Below are positions 24,703-38,367 of a stretch of 64,000 nt of DNA, in pieces. Made by a program: the position numbers and the translations under genes. Position 1 is the stretch's first letter. Every line of letters starts with the position of its first letter. Below the pieces are notes generated by a model that did not search any database, was not told the origin of the DNA, and saw nothing but the letters and a program-made list of their open reading frames with translations. Origin of the DNA: Octopus vulgaris (Eukaryota); assembly GCA_951406725.2 (NCBI GenBank), contig OX597833.1, positions 49,104,001 through 49,168,000 on the forward strand. Direction: 5' to 3'.

Positions 24703-26995
24703 ATGGACAATGGACATTTGTATTACACACACATACTATGGGCTGCATGACAAGGAAAATTTATTTACACTTATTTTGATTTTAATATTGGAATTTAGAG
24801 CATAAGTTAGATCATACATGTGTACTGCAATATTTGGCTGGGTTTGGGGAAAATTCAGCAGTATTTGAAGAGAAAAGGTCAACTGTCAGTTTGCAATTGC
24901 TATGCTTGTCATGTACCTCTGACTTAGAAAGCATTTGGTAAATACAAGAAATCATCATCATCATTATCATTTAGCATCCACATTCCATACTGGCATGGGT
25001 TGGATCGTTTGGCAGAATCTGATGGGTCCAAGAACTGCATCAGGTTCCAGTGTCTGCTTTGGCATGGTTTCTACAGTTGGATGTCCTTCCTAATGCCAAC
25101 CACTTTACCAAGTTTATCATCATCATCAGATATCTGTTGTCCTTGGATGGTGTGACCAGAGCTAGCAAGCCAGAGGGCTGAACCAAACCTCAGTCTGATT
25201 TGGCATGGTTTCTACAGCTGGATGCCCTTCCTAATGCCAACCAATTTACCAAGTTTATCATCATCATAATCATATGTCTGTTGTCTTTGGATGGTGTGAC
25301 AAAAGCTGGCAAGCCAGGGGCCTGAACCAAACCTCAGTCTGATGTGGCATGGTTTGTACAACTGGATGCCCTTCCTAATGCCAACCACTTTACAGAGTGT
25401 GGTGGTGGCATTTTCATGGCACTACATGGGTACTTTTCTGTGGTGTCACACAGGCATTTATTTTTCTGCCATGGGCACCATGCAGCTTGCAAGACTATGA
25501 AACTTAAGGGTATAGGTGAGCACCTTTAGGGCCACAAATAAGATGTTAAAGTATGGAAAAAGTGAGGGAGAGAATCAAGCAGATTCTTGTGATAGAAGAG
25601 TTACATGGCTTCTCACATTTAGAAGAAGGGGTAACCATGTGCTGTAGGAGATACAGAAAAGGTAAATATATATATCAATGACAAGGTGCTCAGGTGGCTC
25701 TTCAAGATAAGAAGTGAGTTGAACTGAGTCCAATAATGCTGAGTATTGTGAAACCAACAAATTTTGACTTCATATCTTATGAACCGCATGAAGTAAACAA
25801 TTTTGTTATAACTTGTTGTTGCTGAAGAGCGATGCAGAAATTTTGACTGCCATCTGTATCAGTGAAAATGTTAATGTATGTAAGTTTTGTAATTCTCAAA
25901 AGAACATGTCCTTCTTGGTATAATGGAAGGCAGCCTTGTCTGCAATAAAATCAATATTTTGATAGAATAAGCTTGATAATTGGGTACATTGATTCATTGA
26001 AAGCTGTTTTGTTGCATATCGACAAGTTTCCATCCATTTTAGTTCATTGCTGATTTGAAAAGAAAAAAAAAATTAAATTGTCTGAAATATGTGGAACATC
26101 TAAGGTAGCTTTCTGAAGACCTCAAATTTGTTTTATCTTGACTGGACTGTGTTTCAGCTTGATCAAATATTGCTATCCTGTCTGTGATACTAGGGACAAT
26201 AATTCTTACTGCATCTAGAAAGACTGGGCACAAGAGATGCATTAAACTCTGAAACAAAGAATATTTAGTATTCTCTGTTTACTGAAATGAAAACTATATT
26301 CATAACCCTTTAGCATTCAGATAACTGTGTGAAACATAACGCTTATTAATTCACATGGTTTTCAATTAATCATGCATTATCTTGTATATTTGAGATTTTT
26401 GATAATGTGATTGTTTATTTTTAGAATGACATTTTAGGTAGGTATGAAAGCCTGCATCTGGTTGGTTTGAATATCAAACAGACAGAATATTTGGGTCTGA
26501 TATGGCTGGTTTAGGCCATAGTTAAACCATGGACAATTTCAAATTACAATTTTGGTAAATTCCAAATGCTTAATGGGGTAAAAATCAATGAATGCACATT
26601 TATATTTATCTACAAGCTACAAGCTCCTTCAAGATGAAGAGTTGTTTGCATTCTGTGTCATCATTATCAAAAGTTCACTTTTTCATGTTTGCATGGTTTG
26701 GACAGAATTAGTTGAAATAAAATTTTCTACTACTAGATGCCTTCCCTGTTGCCAACCTTCACCTGTTTCCAAGTAAAGTAATATTCTTTATAACTAGATG
26801 TGTTTGACAGGATCTGGTGAGCTACAGGGCTGTGTGAAGCTCCTGTGTCAGCTTTGATATTGTTTCCGCAGCTAGATGCCTTTCCTAATGCCAACCACTT
26901 TACAGTGTGTGCTTGGTGCCACTGGCATTAGTGAGGTTACCAAGTAATTTGCATGACAGGAAAAGAAAAAAAAAATAAATAGACTTCCACAACTA

Positions 26996-27192
26996 GGCGC
27001 AGGAGTGGCTGTGTGGTAAGTAGCTTGCTTACCAACCACATGGTTTCGGGTTCAGTCCCACTGCGTGGCACCTTGGGCAAGTGTCTTCTACTATTGCCTC
27101 TGGCCGACCAAAGCCTTGTGAGTGGATTTGGTAGACGGAAACTGAAAGAAGCCCGTCATATATATGTATATATATATGTTTGTATATATATA

Positions 27193-27225
<33 letters not shown>

Positions 27226-27447
27226 GTATGTATGTGCGTGTATATGTTTGTGTCTGTGTTCGTCCCACCTACATCGCTTGGCAACTAATGTTGGTGTATT
27301 TACGTCCCCGTAACTTAGCGGTTCGGCAAAAGAGACCGATAGAATAAGTACTAGACTTACAAAGAATAAGTCCTGGGATCGATTTGCTCGACTAAAGGCG
27401 GTGCTCCAGCATGGCCACAGTCAAATGACTGAAGCAAGTAAAAGAGT
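26996..27447 (+). mobile_element. SINE family A, full length
   Basis: Complete head-to-tail match to the other copies. Confidence 0.85.
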
Positions 27448-28719
27448 AACTAAGTGTGTGTGCGTGTGTGGTGGGGGGTAGATATTTGAGAGCGGTGGGA
27501 TGGCTTTATGCCAGGTGTTGAGAGGTTGAAGTTTGATAGAGTGACAAGTACAGGTGTTTTGCTATTGAAAAAAATACATGGCTACCCTGCATTTTATGAA
27601 GGTGTGTGGGAGAAGTTGGGAACAAAGATAAGATGGTAATGGTGGGAAACCAGAACAAACCCTCAAGGTACAAGAAAGCGAGCATATGTCAAATGGAAAT
27701 TTTCCATTTGTTTTGTAGAAACTCTTACGAAATATTGAATAATTTAAGTTTACTGATCTCAATTATGTCTGATTTTTGTGTGTTATGTAAAAGTTTTTTT
27801 TTTTTTTTTTTCCACTATCTGGCAAGGTGAGTACTTCAAATGGGCACCATTTTCACAAAACCTCTTGTGGAGAATCCATTGTAAATGATCAAACTTCAAT
27901 TTTATATAATAAGTTAAAGGTTATAATTAATGTAGAATAACAGGTTCTGAACTTGTAGAACAACTTTCGTGATGGATAGTGTTGGGAAACAAGTGAAAGA
28001 AATAAAATTGATTAATCTTTATTTCAGAAAATACACAACACAACTTGGAATTAACTAATAACATTGAAAGATTATCTCATTGGTTTTTAACTATTTTCTG
28101 CCTATTTAATTCCTGTTCTACTCTGCTGGACCTCCATAGCCATCCAATCGATATTTTAAAAAATTCTACTATATTTTTATAATGAAATATTATGTATAGA
28201 AAGAAATTAAAATATTTTGTGTATTGTCATAAATTTTAACAACAAAACCTTTATTGGACTCCCCACCACTGGGTCATGTGAACCCTGGTTGAGAACCACA
28301 GGATTAGCTTTATTTATTTTTTCTTAAGAATTACGCATAAGGTGGACCTTTGTTCAATAGAATTGTTTGTTATCACATTGAAAATACACGTGAGAAATGC
28401 AATCAAGTGAAATGACATCTTCCACATTCTAAGGAAAGTGATTGAAATGCAAAAATAAGAAATGAACCTCCAGGCTCATATTACAACCTAAGATATAATA
28501 CTCTCAAAGCATATTTTGCACCAGTCAGTAAAAATTTTGAATTTTTGTATTTCCAAATGGGTTATCCCAACATTTCTACAACTATTGTTATTGTGGGGTG
28601 AAATTTCAGCATGTAGTAATAACTTTCATCTGAGAACCTATAAAAACACCCATTTTTATTTTCTTGTAGCGGATTGTGGTTATTTTTAACAAATGTATAT
28701 GAAGAGATCATGTTTTATG

Positions 28720-29990
28720 TTTGATTTTTCCATTTTTGCATGGGTTGGATAAGTTTTCTTCAGTATTGCATCTTGCCAATTAACAAAGCCCTTTGTTTTC
28801 TCCTTTGCGAAGTTCAGCCTTCTGAGATAAGCTTTCACTATGTCTCATGTCTTCCTTAATTTTTCCTCTCCCACAGGTCCTTTCCACATGGATGGCTCTT
28901 TATCCAACTGTCATATTTCATGTACAAGGGGGTGCTGAAGAGTTCCTGACTATGGGTTAAAAAAAATACAGCCGGATCAGTTAATTAGGATTTTATTCAA
29001 ATATATTCCCCTCTTAGATTCACACACTTACTGCAGAAATCCTTCAGTTTTACTAAGCCCTGTAAAAGAACTTGGAAGGCTGAGCCTCTGACCAGGCCTT
29101 TTGTGATACCCTTAAAGCCAGTGACTTTTCAGCACTCCCTCATATATCACATGTCCATACCAGCTCACTCTTCCCTTTGACATACACAGTTGTGATTCCT
29201 CTTAGACTTAGTTTTTCTGTTAGTTTATTTGCATGCTATTGTTCATGCACACTAATGCTATGCATACAACAGAGCATGCTTGCCTCGTTTCCCTTCAGCT
29301 ATCATACATCTGCATTCAATGCCCATGTTTCACGTCAGACTTCATAGAGAAACATCATTCAATTTGCCCCTCGTTCAGTGAGAGAATCCTTTGTTGGTAG
29401 TGAGGGAATCAGAACCCTGAACTTCTTCCTCTCTGTTCTTCTTGGAATACCTATCCCCACTTCTAATTAGGTTACCTAGGTAACAGAAGTTATCAACTAC
29501 TTCTAGGTAGCCTTGTAAGCATTTGAAAGCATTTCATTTATGGTTACTTTTGTTACTAACTGTCTCTCCTATGTATCCGCTACACATGAAGCCCTTCTCT
29601 GGCAGCCTGCCTGTGATCTCACTGCATGCCTTGTGCTCATAGTTTACTCGGGTTTCATAGTACAGAATTCCTACTAACACCTTTTTCTGCATATTGAGCA
29701 TGGCCATCTTGCTGTTAGCAGTATAATCCCGTCTTCTTTCCTGCTAACAAAGGCTTTTTGTCTTGACTAGTTTTACTTCAAAGTCTCTCGATTCTTGGCC
29801 TTGCCTCTACATTTTGAATTTCTTCTCTTAATTCTTCAACAGATTCAAGCTATGAGAACTGGGCCATCGGCACAAAGAAGTTCTTGCTCAAGGGCATCCA
29901 GTCTTAAGCTCTTCTTTTATTGCCTGCAGAATTGTAATAAAACAGGAGAAGGCTGAGAAGCAATCACTGGTGGACGCCTACTTTATTCAG
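28720..29990 (-). mobile_element. Degenerate RTE-clade LINE 3' portion (RT remnant), interrupted by a mariner MITE
   Basis: Minus strand about 29980-29860 reads VGVHQ*LLLSLLLF/ITILQAIKEELKTGCP*/ELLCADG, a decayed GVHQGS.LSP.LF...YADD RT segment with stops and frameshifts. Confidence 0.65.
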
Positions 29991-32262
29991 TACTTTGACA
30001 TAATGTTACGTCAAGCCTAATTTGACATGCAAGTTGGGTAGGAGCTTTTTCTGTAGTTATAGTTGTTCGTGTAAAATGTTCTTTAGCCCAGGAGTAGGTT
30101 CTTTTGAGAGGCTCATTTTTCCCCTCTGTCAACGAATGCTGTTCACATTCTCTGTTGTGTCATTCACTTGCGACATACTTTTTTTTTTTTTTCCAGTTTT
30201 CTAGAAGACTTGAGGCTTTCATAGATTTCTTTGAATTGAACTAACTAAGATGTTGATATCAATGCTTATTCATTGCCAGTTTGAAGTAACTCTTTTGTGA
30301 GACTAAGCCCCACTATGCAGCACCTTTATTCATCATCATCATCATCATCGTTTAACGTCCGCTTTCCATGCTAGCATGGGTTGGACGATTTGACTGAGGT
30401 CTGGCAAACCAGATGGCTGCAGCAGACTCCAGTCTGATCTGGCAGAGTTTCTACAGCTGGATGCCCTTCCTAACACCAACCACTCCGAGAGTGTAGTGAG
30501 TGCTTTTACATGCCACCGGCACGAGGGCCTGTCAGGTGGTACTGGCTACGGCCACGCTCAAATGGTGCTTTTTATGTGCCACCAGCACAGGAGCCAATCC
30601 AGCGGCACTGGCAACGACCTTGCTCGAATGTTTTTTCACGTGCCAGAAAGAAATAAGAAATGTTGAGATCCAGAATGAACTGCAGAAGGTTCTCAACTTG
30701 CTCACAAAAAAACGACATCTAGGCTGGATTCCAAAAGTGGCAGGGTTGCTGGGACTGGTGTATTGTTGCACAAGGTGACTACTTCGAAGGAGATGATGTT
30801 AGAACTTAGGTAAATAAGTTATTTTTTATTAAACATAACCAGTCCTGGAACCTTTTGATACCATCTCATGTAATAATCTAGACTGTTATGTGGTTGAGAA
30901 GCAGGAATGTTTAGGTTATAGGGAATTAGTCTGATAGTGAGAAGGAAGATTTGGGTACTGAAGAATTCCTTTTTTTGACATTGAAATTGAAATTGAACCA
31001 AATTCGATGATTGGCACCCGTGCCAGTGGAGCGCTAACAGCTCCATCTGAGTGAGATCACTGCCAGAGCAGCTGTCTGGCAAGCACCATTTGAGCATGAT
31101 CGTTACCAGTGTTGCCTTACTGGCACTTGTGCTGGTGGCACGTGAACAAATCATTCAAGCAAGGTCGTTGCCAGTGCCGCTGGACTGGCTCCTGTGCAGG
31201 TGGCACGTAAAAAACACCATTTCGAGCGAGGTCGTTGCCAATACCGCCAGACTGGCCCTCGTGCAGGTGGCACGTAAAAGCACCCACTACACTCTTGGAG
31301 TGGTTGGCATTAGGAAGAGCATCCAGCTGTAGAAACTCTGCCAGATCAGATTGGAGCCTGGCACAGCCATCTGGTTCACCAGTCCTCAGTCAAATCATCC
31401 AACCCATGCTAGCATGGAAAGTGGACGTTAAATGATGATGATGATGAAACTTTGAACATTGCAGGGGATGTAGGGATTTTTGACATTATTTCTAGGCTCA
31501 CACTACACCATAGTATGGGCTAAGTTTTCTTTTACTATAACCCCAATTTCTCAATACAGCAATGCATATATGATGAATCTTGTCTGGAGTCTAGCTTATG
31601 TCTTGATTGGATAATTTCATTTTGAAGTAAGCATGATTTGCTCTTTGCTTTTTAGCTACAAAGCTTATGACCTGGGTAGCAAATTATGTCTGGACTATTG
31701 ATGTGGCCTCTAAAAGACTTTATTGAAACTGTGTAGTGATCATATGATTTATATCTGGAAGTGTCTAGAATGTAAAAACATAAATCATATTATCTGATGG
31801 TATGCCAACAACTTTTCTGTGTGTGTGTGTGTGTGTGTGTGTTTATATTCTGCAACTTTTATGTCCTGTAACTTTGTTGATAAAATAAATACCAAGCTTG
31901 AAATAAATAACTGTGTTGATTTGTGATAAACTAAAAGCCGTTGAAGGCGGTACCTCAATAAAGCGTCAGTCGGATGATTGAAACAAATAGAAATATGTTT
32001 GTTTGAATTTATTGAAAATTTTTATTGGTGATGGCTTAAACAGCAGACTACCAGCCTATATAATTTCAAATATTTAACTTATTGCTTCTGTCTGGGTGTA
32101 TATAAAATAATATATGGCAATGATCTAACAATGATCTAACAATTAATTGACTTTATCAATCTATTATAAAAATCAACTAAGTCAAAAGATAACACTATTT
32201 TTTTACATGTGCCAGTACACTTTTACTTGTAAATAGGCTAGTATCATCTTTAACTCAATATA

Positions 32263-32828
32263 TTGGGTTGTCCGGAAAGTTCTTGCCGATTTATAGTAGC
32301 TTACCTTTCGACTTATTTTAGAACATGGTTGAGTCCATAAAATAGGATTTGACTACACCTCCATTTAGAGCACAGTTTAAGCTGTCTTTTTGTGGAAGAA
32401 GGTTTATGTTCCTAGAACCTGTGTTAATTCTGTAACCCTTTAAAATGGAAGATAACAAAGTTCATTTTCGGCACTTAATGCTTTGGGAACCAAACAAAAA
32501 TTGCTGCAGCTCGGCTGGGATGTGTTACCCCACCCTCCATATTCACCAGATATTGCTCCTTCGGATTTCCACTTATTCAGGTCTCTGCAGAATAGTCTTA
32601 ATGGTAAAAATTTCAATTCCTTGGATGACGTAAAAAGATACCTTGATGAATTCTTTGCCATGAAACCATCTCAATTCTGGGAATAGGGTATTTTCAAGTT
32701 AAAGGAAAGATGGGGACGCATAGTGCAACAAAATGGTTCATATTTGGTTGATTAGAAATGTAATGGCAAGTATTTATTGACCTATTTCTTTCCTTTAAAA
32801 ATCGGCACGGACTTTCAGGACAACCCAA
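32263..32828 (+). mobile_element. Internally deleted mariner transposon (566 bp)
   Basis: About 30-bp TIRs TTGGGTTGTCCGGAAAGTTC.. / ..GACTTTCAGGACAACCCAA with TA TSD. Transposase N-terminus MEDNKVHFRHLMLWE is fused out of frame to the C-terminus LGWDVLPHPPYSPDIAPSDFHLFRSLQN, which has a premature stop. Confidence 0.93.
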
Positions 32829-33037
32829 TATTTCTTATTTTATATATTCACTTGCCAATAGAATATTTTATCTATAATTTTATTGAAAACAATATTCTCT
32901 GCTTAGTATCAAAGAAGTTTTTATGAACCTGTGTCTGTCAATAAGTTGTATATAAATATTTGTCAAAATTGCTTTTTTTTTTTTGTATTTGGATACCTTA
33001 TATTACTGACAACTCAAAACTTTGTGTTTACTTTCAG

Positions 33038-33224
33038 TGTTACTATTGAAAAGCACGAACGGTTTCAAAAGGCTTTTGATGCTCCGTCAGTGAAAGTTTT
33101 GCGTATTCGTGATTCAGTTTTTGTACTTCTTAACTCAATGGCTATGCAAAATGATGGCTGTACACTCTGCTCCGAGGCATTGCGGAAAATTTATAAAGTC
33201 TCGCAAACATTAAAGTGTTGGCAG
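33038..33224 (+). CDS. MPPE1: MPPE1-like internal exon
   Basis: ctttcag acceptor, gtgagc donor. Phase 2 start fits the preceding exon. VTIEKHERFQKAF...FVLLNSMAMQNDGCTLCSEA...LKCWQ has the conserved NS..DGC..C motif. Confidence 0.93.
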
Positions 33225-33559
33225 GTGAGCTAAAAAGATTGTTTTTTGTGAATATTCTAAAGGCATTTTAATTATAAAATCTTTTTAATTATTTTGGGCT
33301 GGAAATATAATTCCTTTGTTGTTGTAATGAATTTTCAGTTAGTACAATCACTGTAGAACTTCTTATTAAAAGGTCTTTGAAATCCATGAATTTATGAAAT
33401 TGAGAAAATTCTAAAGATTGGCTGTGTGGTTAAGAAGCTTACTTCCCAACTATGTGGTCTTGGGTTCAGTCCTACTGCATAGCACTTGGGCAAGTGTCTT
33501 CTGCTGCAGCCCAAGGTCAATCATTGTCTTGTGAGGTGATTTGGTAGACAGAAACTGAA

Positions 33560-33605
<46 letters not shown>

Positions 33606-33620
33606 GTTTGTGTGTGTGTG

Positions 33621-33687
<67 letters not shown>

Positions 33688-33899
33688 ATATATATATATA
33701 TATATAGATAGATAGATAGATAGATACACACACTCTTTTCTTAACATGAAACCAATGGTAGCCTAATACGCAAATAAAGGAATTCTGTATATCAATGCTG
33801 TGTTGAGCACTCATTCTCATCATTCAACACTTACATATACATACATACATACATACATACATACGTTCATATATATATATATTATACACGCACACACAG

Positions 33900-34030
33900 A
33901 CATATATCTTAGTGAGATTCCCAACATTGACCTTTCCATGGCTCTCTGTGCCATAAACAGATGTTGTTCATCTCTCTTTGTCAAGGCCCAAGTCTCACAT
34001 GCATACAGCATTGCAGGCAAGACTGTTCTG
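33900..34030 (-). mobile_element. RTE-clade LINE ORF fragment
   Basis: PAMLYACETWALTKRDEQHLFMAQRAMERSMLGISL resembles the post-RT LYG.ETW region of RTE elements. Confidence 0.7.
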
Positions 34031-35581
34031 TTGAAGACATTAGTGGTCTGCCGTTACGTTGTTAGTTCAAATTCCGCCGAGGTTGACTTTGCCTTTCATC
34101 CTTTCGGGGTCGATAAATTAAATACCAGTTATGCACTGGGGTCGATGTAATCGACTTAATACCTATGTCTGTCCTTGTTTGTCCCCTCTGTGTTTAGCCT
34201 CTTGTGGGTAATAAAGAAATAGGTATGTGGGGGGGGGTGTAAAATGAAGTGCCTTGCTCAAGGACACAGTGTGTTCTCCATGTACAGGAATTGAACTCAG
34301 AACCTTATGACCTTGAACCAAGCACCCTAACCATCCAGACAACTTGTCTGCACTATTCGTCCTATTAGCAACATATATTTATAGTAAGTTCTTTACTGCT
34401 TCACCACAACAGAATAAGCTTCCCAGCCACTAGCCTAATCCAATTTTTAATCAATTTCTTCAATTAGTTCCCAACGTTAAAAAAAAAAGTAGAATAAACT
34501 TAATTACCGAAATAGTAATGACCGACCTACTTCTAACCTTGACCAACTTCTTATCAACTTCCTCAATTAGTCATGTAAATAGTTCACTTATTTGCATCTG
34601 TACCACAACTTAAATCCACCTAGTGACCTTCATTCCCTAATTATGCTCCTGAATTTCATTTAAATGCTTCTAACTAACCACTCATTGCTATTTTCATCCT
34701 TCTAGTTCCCATCACAAACAGCTTAATTAATCACCTGTATTGGAAATCAACCACTGTACCTAATTTAATCCTTAAATATTGTATTTATTCCTTTCTTCCT
34801 TCCTCTTTCGTATTAGTTATTTATCTCCATAATTTCTAAAACAACAACCCTCGCCTCCCCTCCCTCCACCCCAACAATATCACTGTACTCTTTTTATTTA
34901 TATTTTTTTTTGTTTACTCTTACTTGTTTCAGTCGTTTTGACTGTGGTCATGCTGGAGCACCGCTTTGAAGAGTCTTGGTTGAACAAATCAATCCTGGGA
35001 CTTTTTTTTTTTTTTTAAGCACAGTACTTACTCTGTTAGTCTCTTTTGCCAAACTGCTAAGTTACATGGACATAAACACACCAACACCAGTTATCAAGCG
35101 ATGATGAGCAGAGAGACAAGCGCAGACACAAACACACGGACACCCCCCCACACACACACACACACTCACACACATATATATACATGACAGGTTTCTTACA
35201 GTTTCCTTCTACCAAATCCACTCACAAGGCTTTGGTTGACTGTGAGGCTGCAGAAGAAGACACTTGCCCAAGGTGCCCTGTAGTGGGACTGAACCTAGAG
35301 CCATATGGTTGAGAAGCAAGCTTCTTACCTCACTGCCACACTTGCACCTATACTCAGCAAAAATCTTTTATTTTTCACTTGCTTCAATCATTAGTCTGCA
35401 GCTATTCTGGGATACTTCCTTGAAGAACTTCAGTGGAATGAATCAACCCCAATACTTATTTTCTGTTTTAAGCCTGCTACTTACTCTGTTGGCCTGTTTT
35501 GCTGAACTGCTAAGTTATGGGGATATAAACAAACCAACACTGGTTGTCAAGTAGCAGTGGGTATAAACACAGTTGCAGAGG

Positions 35582-35613
<32 letters not shown>

Positions 35614-36045
35614 TACACACACACACATATATGATTAATAGATAAGAATAAATCATCCAGGCGAGTAGTTACAGTAGTTTAAGTGCAGCAAGAGCACATG
35701 AAAATGAAAAGTGTCGCAGAAGAGGTCACAGATGTGTGACAAAAGATTTCTGGACAATGGACCTGAGTTGAAATACAAAGAAAAAATAAGAACATTAATA
35801 GACAAGTGAAGAACAAATATATAGTGTGTGTGTTTATTGAACGAAGACACCTAAAGCTCCATGAGGCTCCGGCAGGGGTGGGGGGGCTATCCCTGCTGTA
35901 CTCTTTCATCACAACTTTCTCTCACTCTTTCTTCTGTTGGCCTGCTCGCTTAGCCAGCGGGGTGGCATCATTTGAAGGCTAAAACAATGCGAAGCGATTT
36001 GTGACCAGTGATGTGTAGCAACATCTGATAGCCTGGTCGATCACA

Positions 36046-36084
<39 letters not shown>

Positions 36085-36516
36085 CTTTTAATGTCCCCTT
36101 TTCCATGCTCATATTTGTTATGTATGTATACATATATACACATATAACTGTACAGAGTACATACACATGCATCTACATTTTTACATACATACGCTTACAA
36201 TCATTCACATCTATTTCAGTGCATGAAAACATGTGCATGCATGTATATGTGTTTGTGTAATTCATAACATGTATATGCATGTTTTGGGTGAGTGTGTGTG
36301 AGGTGTGTGGATGTGGTTTGTATGTGAATGTGGTTATGCATGTATAAGTGAATCAATGTAAATCTAGTATAAGAATGTGAAGCGTTGCTGTATTATTTAT
36401 GACGAGACTGTCATGATGTAGATATATATGTATATACAGGGTCATCGAAAAAGGTTTCTATGATTTCAAAATGAAATAACTAAGTCTGTATTAAAGCTAT
36501 ACTGTTTATTTATACG

Positions 36517-37020
36517 TGGAGGCACGTGGCTTAGTGGTTAGGGTGTCAGCATCATGATCGTAAGATTGTAGTTTCGGTTCCTGCTCAAAACCACAGATTT
36601 GCTTGTCAGTTGTTTGACCTTAACCAGTTGACCATGTCCCTTAGAGGCTGACGATATGTGCATCTCTGATCACGAGCAGAAGTAGTGGGGAGCACCATAG
36701 CCATGTGTTGAAAGGAATTCTTAGAGGTTTGAATAATTCACTTCTGGAAACATGGGTGTTTCGTTCAACATCCTTAATCAACCCTTATTCAGAGACCTTT
36801 TGAGCAGGATGGGTTACTTGACCAGATGAAAATTCTAACCGGACCCCACTTGCAAGGTCATGCGCTGTTTATCTTGATATGAGATCACCATGTCGTGCGC
36901 ATATGGTTGTGATGCATGTGTCTGGTGTACCCTTATCAGACGGGTAGTCATGATGGGTATACTGGGCTTTGTATATTTTACCCCAGTGTCACTTTGATGG
37001 CATGCACTGCTCTCTCACTC

Positions 37021-37060
<40 letters not shown>
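36517..37060 (+). mobile_element. tRNA-headed SINE with (AAT)n tail
   Basis: A box TGGCTTAGTGG, tail CACTGCTCTCTCACTC(AAT)n. The same 3' end occurs inverted at 42815-42893. Confidence 0.65.
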
Positions 37061-37062
<2 letters not shown>

Positions 37063-37472
37063 GAGTATCCACAAAATTTATCTTTTAATCATATGCAGCA
37101 TGTAATGTTCGACACGTGTTTCCATTGCAGTGACTACTTGTATGCTGCACGTGATTATGAAATAAATTTTGTGGATGTACAAGTTTCCATACTTTTATTA
37201 TTAATATAAATATATGCTCCAGACAATTTTTACCATCCAGCGAAGCATACATGGAATTTACCCATTGGAAGAATTCACAGAGTGACTAGTAACAAATTGT
37301 AGTCACAGACATTAAATACTGATTGTAGTGGATAGCTGTTAACTGGAACTTAACTCAGAACTAATATGCTGTCCGCCCAGATAATATATTCCTCCAAACA
37401 CACTTTTATACACACACCTTTTAAATCACCTTCAAACAGCACTAACGGTTTTTTTTGTGTATTTAGTTTCAG

Positions 37473-37547
37473 GGTTATGAACAAGTTTCAAAAGAGAATT
37501 GCAAGAACATAGAAATTCTACCTTACTCTCGTCCAATTATTCTCCAG
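37473..37547 (+). CDS. MPPE1: MPPE1-like short internal exon (25 codons)
   Basis: actaac branch point at 37441, tttcag acceptor, gtttgt donor. GYEQVSKENCKNIEILPYSRPIILQ supplies PIILQ directly before the conserved HFP of the next exon. Phase 0-0. Not in the ORF track. Confidence 0.85.
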
Positions 37548-37977
37548 GTTTGTTTATTTAGTTTAATATTATATTTCAAAAATATAATTTGGAAACTTTT
37601 TTTGCTTTTTGTTTTTTTTTATTTATATATATTTTTTTTTACATATGAATGTTGTGAATCTGTGATAAAACATCATTATTGGATATGATGTTATTGTTGT
37701 GCATATTTAATTTATTTCGACATCTGTACTTTCTTCTATGATTTTGTTTTTCTGTACCACACTTTGTAGTTTGAAAGATACTCTGTTTATGCTTTTACTT
37801 GTTTCAGTCATTTGACTGTGGCCATGCTGGAGCGCCGCCTTTAGTCAAGCAAATCGACCGCAGAACTTATTCTATCAGTCTCTTTTGCCAAACCGCTAAG
37901 TTACTGACCCACAAAAGGATGAAAATTGATCTCGGCAGAATTTAAACTCAGAATGTGCAGATGAATGAAATGTTGCA

Positions 37978-38367
37978 GGCGCAGGAGTGGTTGTGTGGTT
38001 CTGGGTTCAGTCCCACTGCGTGGCACCTTGGGCAAGCATCTTCTACTATAGCCTCGGGCTGACCAAAGCCTTGTGAGTGGATTTGGTAGACGGAAACTGA
38101 AAGAAGCCCGTCATATATATGTATATGTATATATATATGTGTGTGCATGTGTATATGTTTGTGTGTCTGTATTTGTCTCCCAACATCGCTTGACAACCAA
38201 TGCTGGTGTGTTTACATCCCCGTAACTTAGTGGTTCAGCAAAAAAGACTGATATAATAAGTACTAGGCTTCTTAAGAATAAGTCCTGGGGTCGATTTGCT
38301 CAACTAAAGGCGGTGCTCCAGCATGGCCACAGTCAAATGACTGAAACAAGTAAAAGAGTAAAGAGTA
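37978..38367 (+). mobile_element. SINE family A
   Basis: Match to family A; partial inverted copy at 37793-37905. Confidence 0.8.

Noticed and set aside
32445-32755. Active transposase or SETMAR-like domesticated gene
   Set aside because: Large internal deletion removing most of the DNA-binding and catalytic regions, plus a frameshift and a premature stop; no SET domain.
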